Source of the DNA: Moniliella sp. 'wahieum' | Lineage: Eukaryota | DNA: 64,000 nucleotides | Assembly (NCBI GenBank): GCA_003971905.1 | Contig: RSEE01000014.1 | Coordinates: forward strand, 806,001 to 870,000 | Reading direction: 5' to 3' | In this document: in pieces, positions 61,637-64,000 of the stretch | Layout: every line of letters starts with the position of its first letter | Numbering within the stretch: the first letter of the stretch is position 1 | The notes under the pieces: model-generated | Database searches by the model: none | Told to the model about the DNA's origin: nothing | The model's input: the letters and a program-made list of their open reading frames with translations, nothing else | Position numbers and translations under genes: made by a program

Positions 61637-64000
61637 TCACAGCTCGTCCAGCCCAATCTGCCCTCGTCCACGTACGGCGGACGCGCATGCGGGTAGTTGC
61701 GGGCCCAAGCTGGCACCACGCTCGCGTTGAACTCGCCTTCTTTAAAGACGACCGCCATACCACTGCATGCAGCAAAAAGAAGAGGGGACGGGCGGGGCAG
61801 TCAGCAAACACCATACCACAAGAATCAGAATCTCCTGCTCTCTGGCGGGAGCAATCATATAAGAACCCAATCCAACAACACAACGTACCTCTGATGGTGG
61901 GCGATCAGGTGGCAGTGCATGAGAGTCGCCCCGGGCTTGACCACATAGTGGCGTGTGACGGCGTAGCCTCCCACGGGCACCATCCACGATCGCGCTTGGG
62001 CGGTTGACCAGGTGACGCCCGATTGGTTCCGGTCCGCCGCCGCGGCCGGCACGTCGGCCCAGGTAAACCGTTTGCCCTGCTCATACGCCAAGACCCAGAC
62101 GGGGTTCTGGTGCTTGTGGATGGGGTGGGCAACGTCGGCAAAGTCGCCGTTGCCCAAGTCTTCAAAGATAATGTCCACCACCTTGCCCACCTCGACGTTG
62201 AGAATGGTCTGCTTGGGGTCGCGAGCCGGGTCGTGGGGCTGATAGAGGATCGGGTGGCTTGGTAATGAGACTGTTGAACGGGACCTGGTTCAGGCAGGCC
62301 CAGCTCACCGCGTTGGTCTCATTGATCGTCACACGGAACGTGTAGTCAGCCTTCCTGGGGCGGCGCATGCGACGGGAACGGAGCCAGCGCAGCGTCCGAC
62401 TGTGCCTTGCGCCATTCAAGCGCCCCATTGTAGCCCAGCCAGATCTTGGCCTGGCCCTGGGGCGCAACGAGTTGGTCACGGGGCCATCGGCCGCGGTCCA
62501 GCCATTGGACCACTTGGCCGGCGCCGGGCAGCGCATTGAGACTACCGTCGCTGCTCTTGACGTAGGGCTGGACCGACCTGGCCGGGTTGGACACAGCACC
62601 GCAGGGTAGTCCAACTCTGCGCCCTCGGCACGGGAAATTGGTTGATCACCTTACCGCCCCGGCCCTTTCTTGCTGGGCGACGCTGGGAAGCATCGCCGCT
62701 GCTGTGCATTGTGAGAAGGAGAGGGCGTAGGGCGGGAGGTGGGCTGCCCTTGGAGGGAGGTGAGCCGCCTTCGAGCCCGGATGGCCCGATGGCTTTTTGG
62801 ACGGCTTGGGCAGCGGTGGGCATGACCCCCGTTGTGCTGGCGCTCGGGTTCGGGCTCGGGGGAGCTCCGCCTCCATGGCTCGTCACTCTACGTCGTCAAA
62901 CACGCGTAGCGCCCGAGGCGATCTGCTCGCCGAATGGCACAGCGCAGCACGGATGGTGTACTGGCCCTTGGGCTGGTCAAGCGAACCAGAACGGTTTGGC
63001 GCATGCCAATCGACAGATCGACCACTTGCACCTCCTGAGGCTGGACAAAGGGTCCGTCGGATGCCACCACATATTGCGTGTGTCTAGTCGCGGCCGAAGA
63101 AGAGAACGAATGAGGGTTCAGTTGGTCCTGGTCGTCGGGGACACACAAGCCAAGAAGGAAGAACGACGTACCCATCAATGCTAAAGCACAGCTCATGCTG
63201 CGACGCCGTGTTGACCAAATGGAATGCCGCCCACTTTCCATCGGCGGAGGCGTACTTGGACGCCGGGTATACGCCGTAGGCCGAGGTGGTGCTGGTGCAT
63301 TCGCGCGGATTGACGTTGGACAGACTATCGACAAAGCCAGCGCGCGGGGGGGATGCAACCAGTCGGATCAAGTTTCGAACCGTCGTAGCCTTCGATCCCA
63401 GTCTTGGCTTGGGCAGCAAGGAAGCCGGCGGACGGGCATTGCATCCGGCCTTGCGAGTTGATCAAGACGAGTCGATGCAGTACGGGTCTTGGCCCGTATA
63501 ACGGTACGAATCAGCGCCGAATCCACCGTCTCGTGTCGCCAGTCGTGCAGTTGAAGCACGCCCGCTCGACGGTACGCTTGCTCCATTGAGACTTGGTCGG
63601 CTTGGCTGCTGCTGATCTCTTTCCATGGACCTTGGGTGCTGGCACGCGGGTGAATCACAATCGAGCCACGCGCTCCGTCGGCATATCTTCACACGGTGCA
63701 TGTCAGCACCGTCCACCATCAAGAGAGAAACCCGCTATGGTTTAGGACGACAGAAGATCACCACAAACCTCTCATCGCTGACATGCCGAGGGAGAAGACG
63801 AGTGGGAGGACGGAACGGAAAGGTAGGGAATAGATTGTATATACGTACGTTCCACGCGCGTGCGAGTGTGGTACCAAAATGCGCCATACTGGTGCGCTTG
63901 CCACGTATAAGTGTAGTTGCCATAGGGAACAATGTTCCACTACATAGCGTGGGGAGGGGCATGGCAGACAACAGAAAACAGAGGGGGGGAAACAAGTCAG
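61637..64000 (-). CDS. Multicopper oxidase (laccase-like), 5' part beyond the window
   Basis: DWRH, FSIDG, HPIHKH and HCHLIAHHQ/SGMAV (intron 61763-61888) copper motifs. Stop position uncertain. Confidence 0.88.

Noticed and set aside
1063..64000. Frameshifts in nearly every gene, suggesting mass pseudogenisation or programmed frameshifting
   Set aside because: They hit essential genes (NOP1, gamma-tubulin, RPN3, NOP2) evenly, are 1-2 nt and leave motifs intact. Uncorrected long-read error is far more likely; short-read polishing would settle it.

Overview
GC-rich, gene-dense eukaryotic DNA with short GT-AG introns. It is clearly fungal, most likely a basidiomycete of the Ustilaginomycotina type (inference from protein style and intron structure). 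About 20 conserved genes are recognisable: EDE1-like, NOP1, gamma-tubulin, RPN3, p24/EMP24, IPP1, MRPL32, an F-box/WD40 protein, COQ3, NADP-IDH, BUD6, NOP2, OPA3-like, an Rds2/AcuM-like Zn2Cys6 factor, MAK10, RSM19, IQGAP, KRE6, a GH5 exoglucanase and a multicopper oxidase cut by the window end. Nearly every gene carries 1-2 nt indels, which I read as uncorrected sequencing error, so boundaries are approximate. A ~9.5 kb region with no recognisable host gene (about 31.1-40.6 kb) holds two head-to-tail non-autonomous Helitrons, a decayed Ty1/copia pol and an intact zinc-knuckle/restriction-like endonuclease ORF from a CRE-clade retroelement. The most notable observations are a perfect PTS2 peroxisomal signal on the pyrophosphatase, a frameshift-hidden PTS1 (AKL) on NADP-IDH, the tandem Helitron pair, the stand-alone RLE ORF, and a recurring set of 7-bp-period intergenic repeats built mostly on palindromic hexamers. 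All calls are by eye; no searches were run.
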